From assembly GCA_947506155.1 (NCBI GenBank), contig CANNNV010000001.1, forward strand, positions 1 to 50,441: DNA of 50,441 nt, given 5' to 3'. The notes beneath the pieces are model-generated. The model did not search any database. It worked only from the letters and a program-made list of their open reading frames with translations, and was not told the origin of the DNA. Each line of letters opens with the position of its first letter. Positions within the stretch are counted from its first letter, which is position 1. The position numbers and the translations under genes were made by a program. The DNA comes from Methylococcaceae bacterium (GTDB lineage: Bacteria; Pseudomonadota; Gammaproteobacteria; Methylococcales; Methylomonadaceae). This document shows, one piece after another, positions 1 to 9,861 of the stretch.

Positions 1-158
1 CAGTAGGTATTAGTTGGTGTGCAACTCTTTTAGATGATTGCACCTGTCGGTTGAAACTGCTCAACCAGGACTCCAGTTGCAGGTTGAAAAACCTATCAAC
101 GGAGAGCGAATTACTTAATGCGTACATTTGCGTACAAAATTAAGAGCAGGTAAACATC

Positions 159-749
159 ATGGCTCTGGAAGTAAAACAACCAGCCGAGTGGCTTAGCGTA
201 GAGGCCTATTTACAAGGCGAACTGAGTAGCGAAATAAAGCATGAGTATATTGATGGCGCTGTTTATGCGATGGCGGGTACAAGTAAAAATCATCAGCGTA
301 TTACAGCGAATGTTTCTGGTGAATTTTGGACGCCATTAAAAAACACTCCCTGCGAAGCTTTTTCGTCAGCTATTAAAGTTAAAGTAGGCACAAAATTTTT
401 CTATCCCGATGTGATGGTGGTGTGCAACGAGGACGGCAAAAATGCTTATTACACCGAAACCCCGGTTATTATTATTGAAGTCTTATCAAAATCCACCCGA
501 CGTATGGACGAAACCGCCAAGAAATTCGCTTATCAAAGCCTGGCTACGTTAAAAGAATATGTGTTAATCGAGCAGGATTTTGTCGATGTCGAAGTCTGCC
601 GTCGCAGTGAAAACTGGGTGTCTCGGCATTATTTTATGGGCGACAGTGTGACGTTTGAATCCGTGGGTGTAACTTTATCGGTGGCCGATATTTATGACCG
701 CGTTGAAAATGAAGATGTAAGTTCTTTTCTCTTAGGTGAGGTTCAGTGA
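159..749 (+). CDS. Uma2 (DUF820) family PD-(D/E)XK endonuclease-like protein
   Basis: Typical Uma2 motifs: 'KHEYIDGAVYAMAG', 'H..I..N', 'FYPDVMV', 'IIEVLSKST', 'LKEYVLIEQD'. Confidence 0.9.
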   Translation: MALEVKQPAEWLSVEAYLQGELSSEIKHEYIDGAVYAMAGTSKNHQRITANVSGEFWTPLKNTPCEAFSSAIKVKVGTKFFYPDVMVVCNEDGKNAYYTETPVIIIEVLSKSTRRMDETAKKFAYQSLATLKEYVLIEQDFVDVEVCRRSENWVSRHYFMGDSVTFESVGVTLSVADIYDRVENEDVSSFLLGEVQ

Positions 750-793
750 TGAATCAAGCATTATCTAAGATAGATAATAAAATCCCACAGTTA

Positions 794-838
794 CGGGTTA
801 CGTTATTTCGCCACGCTCAATAAGCTAACCTGACCTAC
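794..838 (-). repeat. GTAG-type REP-like palindrome
   Basis: Minus strand reads GTAGGTCAGGTTAGC-N-CGTAACCCG, a GTAG-led imperfect palindrome in the intergenic space before bioA. Confidence 0.55.
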
Positions 839-842
839 GCCC

Positions 843-2192
843 TTGTCTAATCATTCCCTCTCCAAACGCGACCTTTCTGTTTTGTGGCATCCTTGCACGC
901 AAATGAAAGATCACGAGACTTTTCCGATTATTCCGATCAAAAAAGGCCAAGGCATCTGGCTGGAAGATTTTGATGGCAACCGCTATCTCGATGCCATCAG
1001 TTCCTGGTGGGTGAATTTATTCGGCCATGCCAACCCAGCGATCAACGCGGCCTTAAAAGATCAGCTCGATACCCTGGAGCATGTTATTTTTGCCGGCTTC
1101 ACCCACGAGTCTGCGATCAAGCTGGCGGAAAAACTGGTTGAAATAACGCCGGAAGGGTTGAACCGGTGTTTTTATGCGGACAACGGCTCGGCTGCAGTAG
1201 AAGTTGCATTGAAGATGAGTTTTCATTATTGGCGTAACCGGGGGCAAACTCAAAAAACCCGGTTCATCACGCTGGAAAACAGTTATCACGGCGAAACCTT
1301 GGGTGCCTTAGCGGTCGGCAATGTGCCGCTGTATAAAGAAACCTACGCGCCGTTATTAATGGATGTGATCACCGTGCCAGGACCTGACTGTTATCACCGT
1401 GAACCAGGTGAGTCCTGGGCTGATTATTCCTCGCGCCGTTTCGAGCTGATGGAGCAGGCCTTGCAACAGCACAGCGCTACGGTTTGCGCAGTGATTATTG
1501 AGCCTTTGGTGCAATGCGCCGGCAGTATGCGTATGTATGATCCTGTTTATTTGAAATTGCTGCGCGAGGCTTGCGATAACTACAATGTGCATTTGATTGT
1601 CGATGAAATCGCCGTGGGTTTTGGCCGCACCGGAACGATGTTTGCTTGCGAGCAGGCAGCGATCAGTCCCGATTTTATGTGCTTGTCTAAAGGCTTGACC
1701 GGCGGCTATTTACCGTTGTCGGCAGTGCTGACCACGGATCAGGTGTATCAGGCTTTTTATGATGAGTATCAAAATATGACGGCTTTTTTGCATTCCCACA
1801 GTTATACCGGTAATGCGCTGGCTTGCCGCGCTGGTTTGGCCACGATAGACATTTTCCAGCAACAGAACATTATCGAAAAGAACAAGGCGCTGGCTGAGAT
1901 CATGGCTAACACGGCGCTGCGTTTTCATAACCACCCACAGGTTGCCGAAGTCCGGCAAACCGGCATGATCTTGGCAATTGAACTGGTCAAAAACAAACAC
2001 ACCCGTGAGCCTTTCCCCTGGCAGGAGCGTCGCGGGCTTAAAGTCTATCAATACGCGCTGTCCAAAGGTGTATTATTACGCCCCTTGGGCAATGTCATTT
2101 ATTTTATGCCGCCTTATATTGTTACCGAAGATGAATTATTGTTAATCGCCGAGGTAGCTGAGCAAGGCATACAATACGCAATTAAGGACTGA
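843..2192 (+). CDS. bioA: Adenosylmethionine-8-amino-7-oxononanoate aminotransferase
   Basis: 'LWHPCTQM', 'DAISSWWVNLFGH', 'YHGETLG', 'DEIAVGFGRTG', PLP lysine in 'CLSKGLTGGYLPLS', 'HSHSYTGN'. TTG start. Confidence 0.95.
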   Translation: MSNHSLSKRDLSVLWHPCTQMKDHETFPIIPIKKGQGIWLEDFDGNRYLDAISSWWVNLFGHANPAINAALKDQLDTLEHVIFAGFTHESAIKLAEKLVEITPEGLNRCFYADNGSAAVEVALKMSFHYWRNRGQTQKTRFITLENSYHGETLGALAVGNVPLYKETYAPLLMDVITVPGPDCYHREPGESWADYSSRRFELMEQALQQHSATVCAVIIEPLVQCAGSMRMYDPVYLKLLREACDNYNVHLIVDEIAVGFGRTGTMFACEQAAISPDFMCLSKGLTGGYLPLSAVLTTDQVYQAFYDEYQNMTAFLHSHSYTGNALACRAGLATIDIFQQQNIIEKNKALAEIMANTALRFHNHPQVAEVRQTGMILAIELVKNKHTREPFPWQERRGLKVYQYALSKGVLLRPLGNVIYFMPPYIVTEDELLLIAEVAEQGIQYAIKD

Positions 2193-2935
2193 TGATGCGA
2201 GTTTCCAGATTATATACAGCTGCACTGCTTTCTACCGGAAAAATCATTGAACTGGATGAGGATAACGGCCATTACGTCCGAACCGTGTTGCGCTTGAAAA
2301 AAGATGCTGAGATTATTTTATTCAACGGTCAGGGCGGAGAATATTTGTGTACGGTTGCCGAAGTCAGTCGTAAAACCGTGTTGATAGCCATTGAGCAATG
2401 GACGGACCGCAGCGTTGAATCGTCGTTGCAGATAAGTTTGGGTCTGGGCATTGCGCGGGGCGACCGTATGGATCTGGTGGTGCAAAAGGCTGTGGAACTG
2501 GGCGTCAATAGAATCACGCCATTAATGACCGAGCGCTGCGTGGTGCAATTTAAAGGCGAAAAAAAACCGCAGCGGTTGTTGCATTGGCAAAAAATAGTTC
2601 AACATGCAGCTGAACAAAGCGGCAGAACCATCCTGCCCACTTTGCTGGAAGTTGAAGCGCTACATAACTGGGTAAATCAGCAACAGGGGCTAAAAGTCTT
2701 TCTCGATCCTTATGCAAAAACGAGCTTGACCGAATTAAAGCCAGTAAGCATGAGCGTAACCTTGTTGACCGGTCCAGAAGGTGGCTTTTCTAGCCAGGAA
2801 CGCGATCTGGCGACAGCTGCCGGCTTTATTCCGGTTCGTCTGGGCGCGAGGATATTAAGAGCCGAAACCGCATCGCTGGCCGCCTTGGCTGCCGTACAGC
2901 TGCTGTGGGGGGATTTTGGCCAAAGCAATAACTGA
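2192..2935 (+). CDS. rsmE: 16S rRNA m3U1498 methyltransferase
   Basis: 'HYVRTVLRL', 'QKAVELGV', 'AAEQSGR', 'GPEGGFS', 'LGARILRAETA'. Confidence 0.95.
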   Translation: MMRVSRLYTAALLSTGKIIELDEDNGHYVRTVLRLKKDAEIILFNGQGGEYLCTVAEVSRKTVLIAIEQWTDRSVESSLQISLGLGIARGDRMDLVVQKAVELGVNRITPLMTERCVVQFKGEKKPQRLLHWQKIVQHAAEQSGRTILPTLLEVEALHNWVNQQQGLKVFLDPYAKTSLTELKPVSMSVTLLTGPEGGFSSQERDLATAAGFIPVRLGARILRAETASLAALAAVQLLWGDFGQSNN

Positions 2936-3800
2936 TATTTTTTATGCCCTGGTGCCGCTGGTGGTGTTGCTGGTGGCTTCAGTCTTAGCCTGCATCGTCG
3001 GCTATGTTATTTTTCAACTCATAGACGGACAGTTTCCGTTACCCAAAATAATCAGTAAAGCCACGCAGTTGCTTTTAGTGTTGAGTATTTTTCCGGCCAT
3101 GGCTTACCTGAAAGTTAACAAGGCTGATTTAGGCTTTGCAGTCAAAGCCGTGTTTATAAAACAGCTCTTGCTGGGCTTCATCGTGGGCTTTGTGACCTTG
3201 ATGCCGGTATTTATAGTCCAGTATGGGCTAGGCATTCATATCATTGATGTAACGCGGCAATGGACAGCCGGGTTAGTGGCTGAAAAAATGGCTATTTCAC
3301 TGTCGCTGGCGTTATTGATTTCGATGATTGAAGAGCCGATTTTTCGAGGTATTTTGTTTGTCGGTTTAAAAAAGAAGTTGCCGGTTGTTGCGGCAATTTT
3401 GCTCAGTTCAGCTTATTATGCAGCATTGCATTTTATCAACAGCAAGACTGAAATACCGCTGCCGCAAGTTGATCTATTAGCCTGCTTTAGTTTACTGGTC
3501 GATGCCTTTGCTAATGTACTGAATCCTGAGCATCTGTCAGCTTTTTTAGCCTTGCTGATGGTCGGTGTTTTTCTCGGAACACTCAGGTCCGAGGTAAAAG
3601 ACAGCTTGGGACTCTGTATCGGCTGCCATACCTGCTGGGTATGGCAAATCAAGATGAGCAAAGACCTGTTTAATACTGATTTGAATTCGGAATATGTCTA
3701 TCTGGTCAGCCGTTATGATGGCGTGATTGGACCTTTGGTGACGGTCTGGCTAGCTTTAGCCATCCTCGGCTATATTGTTGTACGAAAAGCAAAAGCCTAG
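2916..3800 (+). CDS. CPBP (CAAX protease self-immunity) family intramembrane metalloprotease
   Basis: Multi-TM protein with 'IEEPIFRG' (EExxxR), 'YAALHF' and 'CIGCHTCW' motifs. Confidence 0.85.
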   Translation: MAKAITDIFYALVPLVVLLVASVLACIVGYVIFQLIDGQFPLPKIISKATQLLLVLSIFPAMAYLKVNKADLGFAVKAVFIKQLLLGFIVGFVTLMPVFIVQYGLGIHIIDVTRQWTAGLVAEKMAISLSLALLISMIEEPIFRGILFVGLKKKLPVVAAILLSSAYYAALHFINSKTEIPLPQVDLLACFSLLVDAFANVLNPEHLSAFLALLMVGVFLGTLRSEVKDSLGLCIGCHTCWVWQIKMSKDLFNTDLNSEYVYLVSRYDGVIGPLVTVWLALAILGYIVVRKAKA

Positions 3801-3801
3801 C

Positions 3802-4284
3802 TCAGTCCCTGAAGTTTTCAAACTGTAACGGCATGTCCAGATTTTCCGCTCTGAGCATTTTAATCACTTCCTGTAAATCATCCCGATTTTTGCCAGTCAC
3901 CCTGACTTGATCGCCTTGAATCGCCGCCTGGACTTTTAGCTTTTTGTCCTTGATCAACTTGACGATTTTTTTGGCTAGGACCGAGTCCAGTCCCTGTTTC
4001 ATAATGATTTCTTGACGCACCGATTTTCCGCCGGGCTTGGGATCACCAACTTCCATACAGGCTATGTCTACACCGCGTCGACTGAGTTTTGTGCAGATTA
4101 CACTAAACATTTGTTGTAGCTGAAACGTCGATTCAGACGTCATAATCAACTTATCATCAGTCAACTCAAAGCTTGAGTCAGTACCTTTAAAATCAAAGCG
4201 TGTAGTTACTTCTTTATTGGCTTGGTCGACGGCATTTTTTATTTCGTGTTTGTCAAATTCGGAGATGATGTCGAAAGTAGGCAT
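3802..4284 (-). CDS. yajQ: YajQ family nucleotide/c-di-GMP-binding protein
   Basis: 'MPTFDIISE', 'NAVDQANKEV.TRFDFKG', 'KVQAAIQGDQVRVTGK.RDDLQ', 'LQFENFRD'. Confidence 0.95.
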   Translation of the reverse strand: MPTFDIISEFDKHEIKNAVDQANKEVTTRFDFKGTDSSFELTDDKLIMTSESTFQLQQMFSVICTKLSRRGVDIACMEVGDPKPGGKSVRQEIIMKQGLDSVLAKKIVKLIKDKKLKVQAAIQGDQVRVTGKNRDDLQEVIKMLRAENLDMPLQFENFRD

Positions 4285-4321
4285 GGTTATGATTCAAGCA
4301 AAGATTAACAAAAGGAACGCA

Positions 4322-4350
4322 ACTATAGTGATCTTTGCTTGATTATTCAA
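4322..4350 (-). promoter_or_regulatory. Sigma70-like promoter of yajQ
   Basis: Minus strand TTGAAT-N17-TATAGT about 40 nt upstream of the yajQ ATG. Confidence 0.55.
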
Positions 4351-4623
4351 CAGTCCCGGCCATATTTATGTCGATTTAGTATGGTCGCTAGAGTTTCGTT
4401 GTTTTAGGTAAGAACAACTCAGATTGAATATTATCAGCTAATATTACGGAGGCATTCAGAAGAGTCCAATGGCTGTAGCAAATCTAGAAAATCGCAACTC
4501 ATTGATTTAAATAATAAAGGTGCGTAACCCCCGTTATTAAGTTAAAACGGCTCTATTACTTTATCGCGTTCAGATTACTAATTAGTGGTCAGCGTTATCA
4601 GCGAAAAATAATTATAAATTCAT

Positions 4624-7600
4624 ATGCTTAAAGATAAAGATAAAGACACGTCTCGCGCCGGATCTTCAGACACGCATCTATTGATCGGCTCTTATGCAGA
4701 GTTGCTGCAAATTATTGGGCTGACGGGTGCCTATTTTATAACCGGAACATTAGGTATTTTTTTGGCTATTCCTCCCGGTTATGCGACGGCTATCTGGCCG
4801 CCCTCTGGTATCGCATTAGCAGGTATTTTAATTTATGGCTACCGTGTCTGGCCCGGCATACTGCTGGGTTCTTTTCTGGTTAATGGCGTGGTCCCGGGAT
4901 TAACCGGCTTCGTCTTTGAAAGCCTTCCGTCTTTATTAATTGGGCTGGTGATTAGCCTCGGGGCCAGTTTACAAGCACTTATCGGGGCTTATTGGGTCAG
5001 GCGTTATGCCGGATTTCCGAATGCGCTTAAACGTGAAAAAGAAGTCTTGTTGTTCCTGTTATATGGCGGACTGTTAAGTGCGCTGGTTAATTCGACGCTG
5101 TCGGTGTCCACATTGGTAGTCATGGGACGGATACCTACAGCAAATTTCCTAAGTAATTGGGGAACTTGGTGGGCGGGGGATGTGTTAGGGGTGTTTATTT
5201 TTACCCCACTGGTTTTGATCTGGATGCTCCAGACTCATGATGTTTGGAAAAATAGACGGTTAGCAATAACGTTGCCGACCTTGTTGATGTTTACGTTGAC
5301 TACCAGCGCGGTTTTTTATGAGGAAAAGTCAAGCTATCAGCGAATAAAACTTGATTTTGATCAACGAGCTGTGGAATTAAAAACAGCCTTGGAAACTTCG
5401 GTTGTGCGCCATACCAATGTGCTACGATTTATTGGCGGTTTATATGCAAGTTCGACCTTAGTAACTAGGCAAGAGTTTCGAATTTTTGTGACCCAATCAT
5501 TGGGCGATTTTCACGGCATACAGGCGCTGGAATGGAGTCCACTTATTCAAGCCTCTGAACGGGAGGCATTCGAACAAGGATTTCAGCAGGACGGCTATCC
5601 AAATTTTCAGATAACCGAACGGGACGATACAGTTAAAACCATGGTGCGTGCCAAAAATAGGCCTAAATATGTCCCCATCACTTTTCTTGAACCCTATGAA
5701 GGTAATGAAAAAGCCCTAGGTTATGATTTTTTGTCCAGTGAAGAACGACAACAGGCTTTAGATCGAGCAACCGATACCGATGATCTTGCTATAACTGCCC
5801 GGGTTGTGTTGGTTCAGGAAAAAGAAAGCCAACAGGGACTGGTTGCGTTTTTGCCTATTTATCGTAACGATCTTCCTCATCAAACATTGGAACAGCGACG
5901 CCATGCCATTTCCGGTTATGCGGTTGGTATATTTAGAGTCGGTGATGTGGTAACCAATGCTCTCAACGGCCTGAATACCCAGGGTTTGTCTTATCGGCTT
6001 ATTGACCAGAGTGCGCCAGCAGCAGAACAGTTACTGTTTTTCAATACTGTGATTGACCCGCTACCCCTAATAATTCAAGAAAAAAGCTTGTTTAGTGCTA
6101 AAAAATCGCTAACAAGTCACTTAGTATTTCCAATCGGAGGTCGAGTTTGGCGACTTGAGGTGGCGCCTACTGAAGGTTATTTCTCAGCTAATGCGTGGCT
6201 AATTTTGTTGGCAGGGCTAGTGTTGACTAGCTTGGTAGAACTGGTTGCACTGGTGGCATCGGGTCGAGCGCGTATGCTCCAGCAATTGGTTGGCGAGCGT
6301 ACTGCCGAACTGGAGCGACAATATGGAATATATTGCTCTGTTATTCAAAATACCGGTGAAGGTGTCTGGCGGGTGGGTGGTGAAGGACAATTGCTGGAAG
6401 TTAATACCGCTTATCTTAATTTGACTGGGTATTCTAAAGCAGAATTGCTTGGGATGCAGGTCACCGATCTGGAGACTGAAAATGCAGCATCTCAGCTGCT
6501 CAATATAATCGATTGCACAAAGATCAATAAATTTGAAACCAAGCATTGTTGCAAAGATGGCCGGGTGCTGAATATTGAAATAAATAAGTTTTTTACAAAA
6601 GAAAATGACGGTGGATTTGTCGCTTTTATTAAAGATATTACGGCACAAAAACAGGTAGAAAATGAGAAAGATGCCGCTCATGTGCGTCTTGAATTGATAT
6701 TAAACTCCACCGGTGAAGGCATTTATGGTATCGGCCTGGATGGCGTGTGTATATTTGCCAATCGTGCCGCCATAACTATGTTGGGTTACGCTACGCCAGA
6801 GGATATTTTAGGTGAAAATAATCATCAGCTGTTTCATTATGCTCATGCAGATGGTTCAGCCTATGAACTCAATGAATGTCCTATCTATAACGCACTAAGA
6901 GGCCATCCATCGACAACCGTGGACTCGGAAGTTTTTTGGCGTAAAGATGGCACTAGCATTTCTATTCAATACCAATCTCATCCCATTAAAATAGGCGATC
7001 AAATTTTTGGTTGTGTAGTAAATTTTACCGATATTACGGAACGCAAGCAAAACGAGGCTATTGTCTTGTTGGCTAAAGATAGAGCTGAAGATTTGGCAAG
7101 ATCAAAATCAGAATTTCTCGCCAATATGTCGCATGAAATTCGTACCCCAATGAATGCAATCATCGGCCTTTCTCAGTTGTTACTGAACAAAAATATTTCT
7201 TTTGAAGTTCGGGATTATCTGGAAAAAATTTACTGTTGTTCTAATAGTTTGTTAAGTATTCTCAACGATATTCTCGATTTTTCTAAGTTGGAAGCCGGAC
7301 GATTAACAATTGAGTTCGCCGTGTTTGATCTTGATACTCTATTGAGTAATCTAAGTAACTTGTTTGCGGTTCATGCCGAGGAGAAACACTTGGCTTTCAA
7401 CATAGAGGTTAAGTCTGATGTTCCCAGGAACTTAGTTGGCGATACTTCTAGGCTGCAACAGGTTTTGATTAACCTGCTGGGTAACGCGATCAAGTTTACC
7501 GAGCAAGGCTCAGTCACTCTGACCATCAGTACTAAACAAATCGATCAGACTCAAGTTAGATTAATATTTTGTGTTACCGATACCGGTATTGGCATGTCGG

Positions 7601-8835
7601 ATAGCGATCGAGAAAAGCTATTTTTCCCTTTCAGTCAGGTCGATGGTTCCATAACCCGGCGCTTTGGTGGGACGGGCCTTGGACTGGCGATCAGTCATAA
7701 CTTGGTACAATTGATGGGCGGTGAAATTTTGGTAGTAAGTAGCCCTGATCAAGGCAGTCACTTTAGCTTCGAATTATTATTGGGTGTGTCGTCCAGTCGG
7801 TCTAAACCGGCCCCACATAGATCAGCACTGCGTGATAACAAGCTATTACTTGCTGGCGCTCGGGTTCTCGTTGCAGAAGACAACCTGATCAATCAGCAGG
7901 TTGTCTGTGAGTTTCTTACGTTGTCGGGAATCAGTGTGGAGCTGGCGGCTAATGGCAAGGAGGCGCTTGAGTTGTTGGCTCTGGGGAAGTTTGATGCGGT
8001 GTTGATGGATATACATATGCCGGTACTGGATGGTTTTGAGGCAACGCAGCTGATCCGCAGCAAAACCTGTTACGCAGCGCTTCCCATTATCGCTCTGACG
8101 GCTGGCGTAACAAAAGAGGAACAGGAAAAATGTATGGCTATTGGTATGAGTGATTTTATTGCAAAACCGATCGATCCTAAGAAATTAATGTCAACACTGG
8201 TGCATTGGATAAAACCTGCTGAAGACGTTACTATTGATGAAACCAAGACTGTTTATCCGCCCGAAACGCAGGTTGTACCCATTTTAGATTTACAAAATTT
8301 GTTAGCGATGCTAAATAATAACCAGCAACTTGTAACACAGCTGTTGCTTGATTTTATGATAAATATGGACGATTTTCCTAATCAAATTATAGGGTTGGTT
8401 AGGATTGGTGATAAGGCTTTAGCAAGAGAGTTGGCGCATAAAATTAAAGGCGCGGCTGGGAATATTGGTGCTATGCGACTACACTCGGCGGCTGAAATAT
8501 TAGAAGTTGGTCTCAACGGAGAACTATCGGCTGAGACTTTTCATTCTTTCAACCAAGCGTTCATACAAACCATATCAGTGATCGCCGCTATGCAGCACCC
8601 CAAAGATCTGTTGTCAACTAATGGTAATAGCGAGGCGCTAAAGCAGGGTGTAGCAGAGCTGGATTTTTTACTCAAAGGCAATGATTTCATTTCTGAAGCC
8701 TTGCTGAATACACTCAAACCGCATCTAACAGCGGCCCAACTTGACTTGTTTGCCGAGTTTCGTAAGTTGATCAACAATCTTAACTATGATCAAGCACGCA
8801 CGATTTTAAGGCAGCTTACTGACCAGGAGATCTAA
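4624..8835 (+). CDS. Hybrid sensor histidine kinase (MASE1-CHASE-PAS-PAS-HisKA-HATPase-REC-Hpt)
   Basis: MASE1 'YATAIWPPSG...WWAGDVLG'; CHASE 'IQALEWSP...EPYEGNEKALGYD'; two PAS blocks; H-box 'FLANMSHEIRTPMN'; 'NLLGNAIKFT', 'GGTGLGLAI'; REC 'LVAEDN...LMDIHMP'; Hpt 'AHKIKGAAGNIGA'. Confidence 0.93.
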   Translation: MLKDKDKDTSRAGSSDTHLLIGSYAELLQIIGLTGAYFITGTLGIFLAIPPGYATAIWPPSGIALAGILIYGYRVWPGILLGSFLVNGVVPGLTGFVFESLPSLLIGLVISLGASLQALIGAYWVRRYAGFPNALKREKEVLLFLLYGGLLSALVNSTLSVSTLVVMGRIPTANFLSNWGTWWAGDVLGVFIFTPLVLIWMLQTHDVWKNRRLAITLPTLLMFTLTTSAVFYEEKSSYQRIKLDFDQRAVELKTALETSVVRHTNVLRFIGGLYASSTLVTRQEFRIFVTQSLGDFHGIQALEWSPLIQASEREAFEQGFQQDGYPNFQITERDDTVKTMVRAKNRPKYVPITFLEPYEGNEKALGYDFLSSEERQQALDRATDTDDLAITARVVLVQEKESQQGLVAFLPIYRNDLPHQTLEQRRHAISGYAVGIFRVGDVVTNALNGLNTQGLSYRLIDQSAPAAEQLLFFNTVIDPLPLIIQEKSLFSAKKSLTSHLVFPIGGRVWRLEVAPTEGYFSANAWLILLAGLVLTSLVELVALVASGRARMLQQLVGERTAELERQYGIYCSVIQNTGEGVWRVGGEGQLLEVNTAYLNLTGYSKAELLGMQVTDLETENAASQLLNIIDCTKINKFETKHCCKDGRVLNIEINKFFTKENDGGFVAFIKDITAQKQVENEKDAAHVRLELILNSTGEGIYGIGLDGVCIFANRAAITMLGYATPEDILGENNHQLFHYAHADGSAYELNECPIYNALRGHPSTTVDSEVFWRKDGTSISIQYQSHPIKIGDQIFGCVVNFTDITERKQNEAIVLLAKDRAEDLARSKSEFLANMSHEIRTPMNAIIGLSQLLLNKNISFEVRDYLEKIYCCSNSLLSILNDILDFSKLEAGRLTIEFAVFDLDTLLSNLSNLFAVHAEEKHLAFNIEVKSDVPRNLVGDTSRLQQVLINLLGNAIKFTEQGSVTLTISTKQIDQTQVRLIFCVTDTGIGMSDSDREKLFFPFSQVDGSITRRFGGTGLGLAISHNLVQLMGGEILVVSSPDQGSHFSFELLLGVSSSRSKPAPHRSALRDNKLLLAGARVLVAEDNLINQQVVCEFLTLSGISVELAANGKEALELLALGKFDAVLMDIHMPVLDGFEATQLIRSKTCYAALPIIALTAGVTKEEQEKCMAIGMSDFIAKPIDPKKLMSTLVHWIKPAEDVTIDETKTVYPPETQVVPILDLQNLLAMLNNNQQLVTQLLLDFMINMDDFPNQIIGLVRIGDKALARELAHKIKGAAGNIGAMRLHSAAEILEVGLNGELSAETFHSFNQAFIQTISVIAAMQHPKDLLSTNGNSEALKQGVAELDFLLKGNDFISEALLNTLKPHLTAAQLDLFAEFRKLINNLNYDQARTILRQLTDQEI

Positions 8836-9746
8836 TGACTGACATTCCGAAACCGCCAATGATATTGGTCGTTGATGATGTGGCCACTAACGTGCAAATT
8901 CTTGCGGAAACTTTAAGCCCGTTGTACCGAATTAAAGTGGCTAGTAATGGCGAAGATGCCTTGGAAATTGCACGGCGTGAGCTGCCGGACTTGATTTTGC
9001 TCGATGTCATGATGCCAGATATGGATGGATTTGAAGTCTGTCAATATTTGAAAGAAAGTCCGGTCACCCGTAAAATCCCGGTAATTTTTTTGACTGGCCT
9101 AAATGGGGAATCTGATGAGGAGCGGGGATTAAATCTGGGTGCAGTGGATTATATCGCTAAGCCTTTCAAGATTGCGATCGTCAAAGCTCGTATTCGTAAT
9201 CATATCCGTCTCAAGCAGCAAGCTGATTTACTGGAATCACTAGCACTGCTAGACGCACTAACTCATATTGCCAATCGTCGCCGCTTTGATGAAACGCTGA
9301 TCACTGAATGGAAGCGGGCTAAACGTGATGAAACACCATTGTCGCTGATCATGATAGACATCGACTACTTTAAACAATACAACGATCACTATGGTCACGG
9401 TGCAGGAGATGATTGTTTGCAAAAGTCTGCTGCAGCACTAGCCAAATGTTTGGATAGACCTGGCGACTTTGTCGCACGTTTTGGCGGAGAAGAGTTTGTG
9501 GTCATTCTGCCTGATACCGGTCAAAAATCAGCGTTGTATATTGCTGAACGCTTGCGTAATTGTATCGAAAATCTGGGTTTACACCACGGTTACTCTGAAG
9601 CAGAATCGGTGGTCACAGTTAGTGTCGGGGTAGCCACCCAGCTCAGTATTCAGGAGTATTTTTTACCGCAGATACTGTGTGATGCAGCGGACAACGCACT
9701 GTATCTAGCAAAAGAAAGTGGGCGCAATCGGGTTTGTGTGCATTAA
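8835..9746 (+). CDS. Response-regulator diguanylate cyclase (REC-GGDEF, PleD/WspR-like)
   Basis: REC 'LVVDD...LLDVMMP'; 'DIDYFKQYNDHYGHGAGD'; intact GGEEF with RxxD I-site 'RPGD'. Start overlaps the kinase stop (TAATG). Confidence 0.93.
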   Translation: MTDIPKPPMILVVDDVATNVQILAETLSPLYRIKVASNGEDALEIARRELPDLILLDVMMPDMDGFEVCQYLKESPVTRKIPVIFLTGLNGESDEERGLNLGAVDYIAKPFKIAIVKARIRNHIRLKQQADLLESLALLDALTHIANRRRFDETLITEWKRAKRDETPLSLIMIDIDYFKQYNDHYGHGAGDDCLQKSAAALAKCLDRPGDFVARFGGEEFVVILPDTGQKSALYIAERLRNCIENLGLHHGYSEAESVVTVSVGVATQLSIQEYFLPQILCDAADNALYLAKESGRNRVCVH

Positions 9747-9861
9747 TTATGGCTGCTAACCTGTAGCACTTACTTTTTTTTTGTAGATTTTTTTTAAATT
9801 AATCATAACGATCTGAATTTTGTGCTAAAACATTTTCTTTTTTATTATTTCTGGAGCAAGC

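Noticed and set aside
1-110. Fluoride or glycine riboswitch on the minus strand (GGAGTC..., ACTAATACCTAC; CCGACAGGTGCAA)
   Set aside because: Only fragments of each consensus match; spacing and pairing do not fit. Kept only as an unassigned structured region.
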